DNA of 64,000 nucleotides from Lingula anatina (Eukaryota > Animalia > Brachiopoda), in NCBI GenBank assembly GCA_051362555.1, contig CM120646.1, positions 5,828,001 through 5,892,000 on the forward strand. Direction: 5' to 3'. A program made the position numbers and the translations under genes. A model generated the notes under the pieces. It saw nothing but the letters and a program-made list of their open reading frames with translations, ran no database searches and was not told the DNA's origin. Below, piece by piece: positions 62,178 to 64,000 of the stretch. Within the stretch, counting starts at the first letter, position 1. Every line of letters begins with the position of its first letter.

Positions 62178-63416
62178 AAAATTAATCAAGAGGAAAGATG
62201 TTATGAAGGTTTGGAGGAACAACTAAAATTATGATTTGATTCATACCCCAATCTTTTTTCAGCCCCTTTTTAGACTTTGGTGCATGAAGCAGTGCTGCTT
62301 GTTGCTTTGCTATCTGTACTGTCTGTTTATGCATGTTCATATCAGGACCTTCTTAGTCTGAAAATAGACTACATCGTATCACTGGTAATGTAATGTAAAT
62401 GCAATTTGGTCATTTTGTGATGTCATTCAGTCTATTTTCTGAACTAAGTTAGTCCTGATATGAGTAAAGGCTGGTATGTAAATCCCTGAATTTGGTACAG
62501 TAACTATTTTAGTTACTTGTTAAAAAGTAACTAAAATACTTGTTTTTCTTGTTAAAAACACACTGGGAAGTGCAAACTAGACAGTTACATGCTATTTGCT
62601 CACTTTGGAACAATTTGACAGCTTTGTGCTTATCAGAAAAGATAAAAACGCTGTCCTCTTCTTGAGGATAAAAAATTGATCAATTATAGAAATTATTAAA
62701 TTATTTATCATAAGATACTACAGTGATTACTACAAACTGTAAACAGTCACCACTCTGCAGCACCCTGCCCTATAAAAGACTGCTTTTTAACTTGTGAACA
62801 GAATGTGTCATAATATACTATTTAATTCGTTTTCATTCCTTTGTATTTCAGAATGTGACTGCTACGGGTGCTGGTTTTGTGGATGGTCTGGGTTACGGGG
62901 ACAATACCAAAGCGGCTGTGATTCGTCTTGGACTCATGGAAATGGTGAAGTTCTGTGAGGAATTTTATCCAGGTATTGGAATTTTTTAAAACATTTTTAA
63001 TTTTTAAATGTTCAGTTATATACAGTAATTGTTTGCAACATTGAAACACCTACCTCATACAAAAGAAGAGAAGAATCAAAAACATTCAAGTCGTATGGTT
63101 TTAAAAAACATTACTCCAACTTACTTTTGTATCGTCTTTGTCAGATCTATATTACTTTTATTATTGATTTAGCAGTATTGGAAAAATGCATTAACCAAGC
63201 TGGTAAATTATTCAGTTGATTGTTGGGCTAAGTTGATGTGGTTGTAAAAGCAGTGATGTACATTGTTAATTATTTAACTATAGGGTCCAAGATGTCCACC
63301 TTCCTGGAGAGCTGTGGGGTGGCTGACTTGGTGACCACATGTTACGGAGGCAGAAACAGGAGAGTGGCCGAGGCTTTCGTCAAAACAGGAAAGGTTAGTC
63401 ACGCATGCATGCAGGA

Positions 63417-63454
<38 letters not shown>

Positions 63455-63871
63455 AATGAGTGAATGCAAACACACTATTAAATTTTCAGGCATAATTTTC
63501 TGAATATTTGGTCAACATATTATGATTTTACGGATACTGCCATACAGATCTTGTGGTCCTTTAGAAGTAGGTATTAAACCGACCTTATGTTTGTGGTTGA
63601 CGTGATAGACTTAGGTTGAACCTGACAGAAGGTCAGATAGGACAGGCAGGCATGTAAAAAAAAATTGAAATATAAATAAGCTTTGCCTCTGAAACTTAAT
63701 CTAGATTTTGTTGACTAAATTACATTTTCACTCCTTGTATTATGTCAGTATTTCTCCATTGTAGTCCATACCAGAGCTGGAGAAGGAAATGTTGAATGGC
63801 CAGAGCTTACAGGGACCCCCCACAGCAGCCGAGATAAATATCATGCTGAAAGCCAAGAACATGGAAGATAG
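50414..63871 (+). CDS. GPD1: Glycerol-3-phosphate dehydrogenase [NAD+], cytoplasmic (3' end outside window)
   Basis: Exons approx 50414-50457, 53412-53589, 56077-56217, 56485-56623, 57256-57368, 62852-62972, 63284-63393, 63765-63871. Motifs [52 protein letters not shown]. Confidence 0.96.
55485..55770 (-). mobile_element. Penelope-like element 3' fragment (GIY-YIG tail) with decayed hammerhead ribozyme
   Basis: [25 protein letters not shown] followed by CTGATGAAGGCC..GGCCGTAAGCT. Confidence 0.85.
56897..57102. mobile_element. PIF/Harbinger-like MITE
   Basis: Imperfect TIRs gggtgcattccc / gggaatagggtc with TAA/TTA flanks; second partial copy at 13037. Confidence 0.7.
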
Positions 63872-63893
63872 GTGAGGACTTTTTGTTCTTGTG

Positions 63894-63929
<36 letters not shown>

Positions 63930-64000
63930 TATCAGGGATGAGATTTCTTTGACTATTGGTGGATTTTTCAACTCGATGCAGATCTGCAATAAATACTTAG

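Overview
Eukaryotic (metazoan, invertebrate-like) AT-rich, intron-containing genomic DNA. Positions 1 to about 10.1 kb hold a largely intact minus-strand Ty3/Gypsy LTR retrotransposon. It has an HhH-Gag, a -1 frameshift into protease, a separate RT-RNaseH-integrase-PHD ORF and a probable spliced ORF3 running off the window edge. Protease and RT are split by a roughly 2.2 kb non-coding cassette. This cassette is bracketed by inward-facing conserved motif triplets and appears to contain eroded LINE fragments and strand-biased RNA stems; it is the most unusual item in the window. Positions 12-21 kb are repeat-rich and contain an intronless TRIM-NHL gene, a partial duplicate of it, a TIR-like gene candidate, a Penelope remnant and MITEs. 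Three conserved spliced host genes follow: STT3B (+), TAX1BP1/CALCOCO-like (-) and GPD1 (+, incomplete). All calls were made by eye with no database searches, and exon and repeat coordinates may be off by a few bases.
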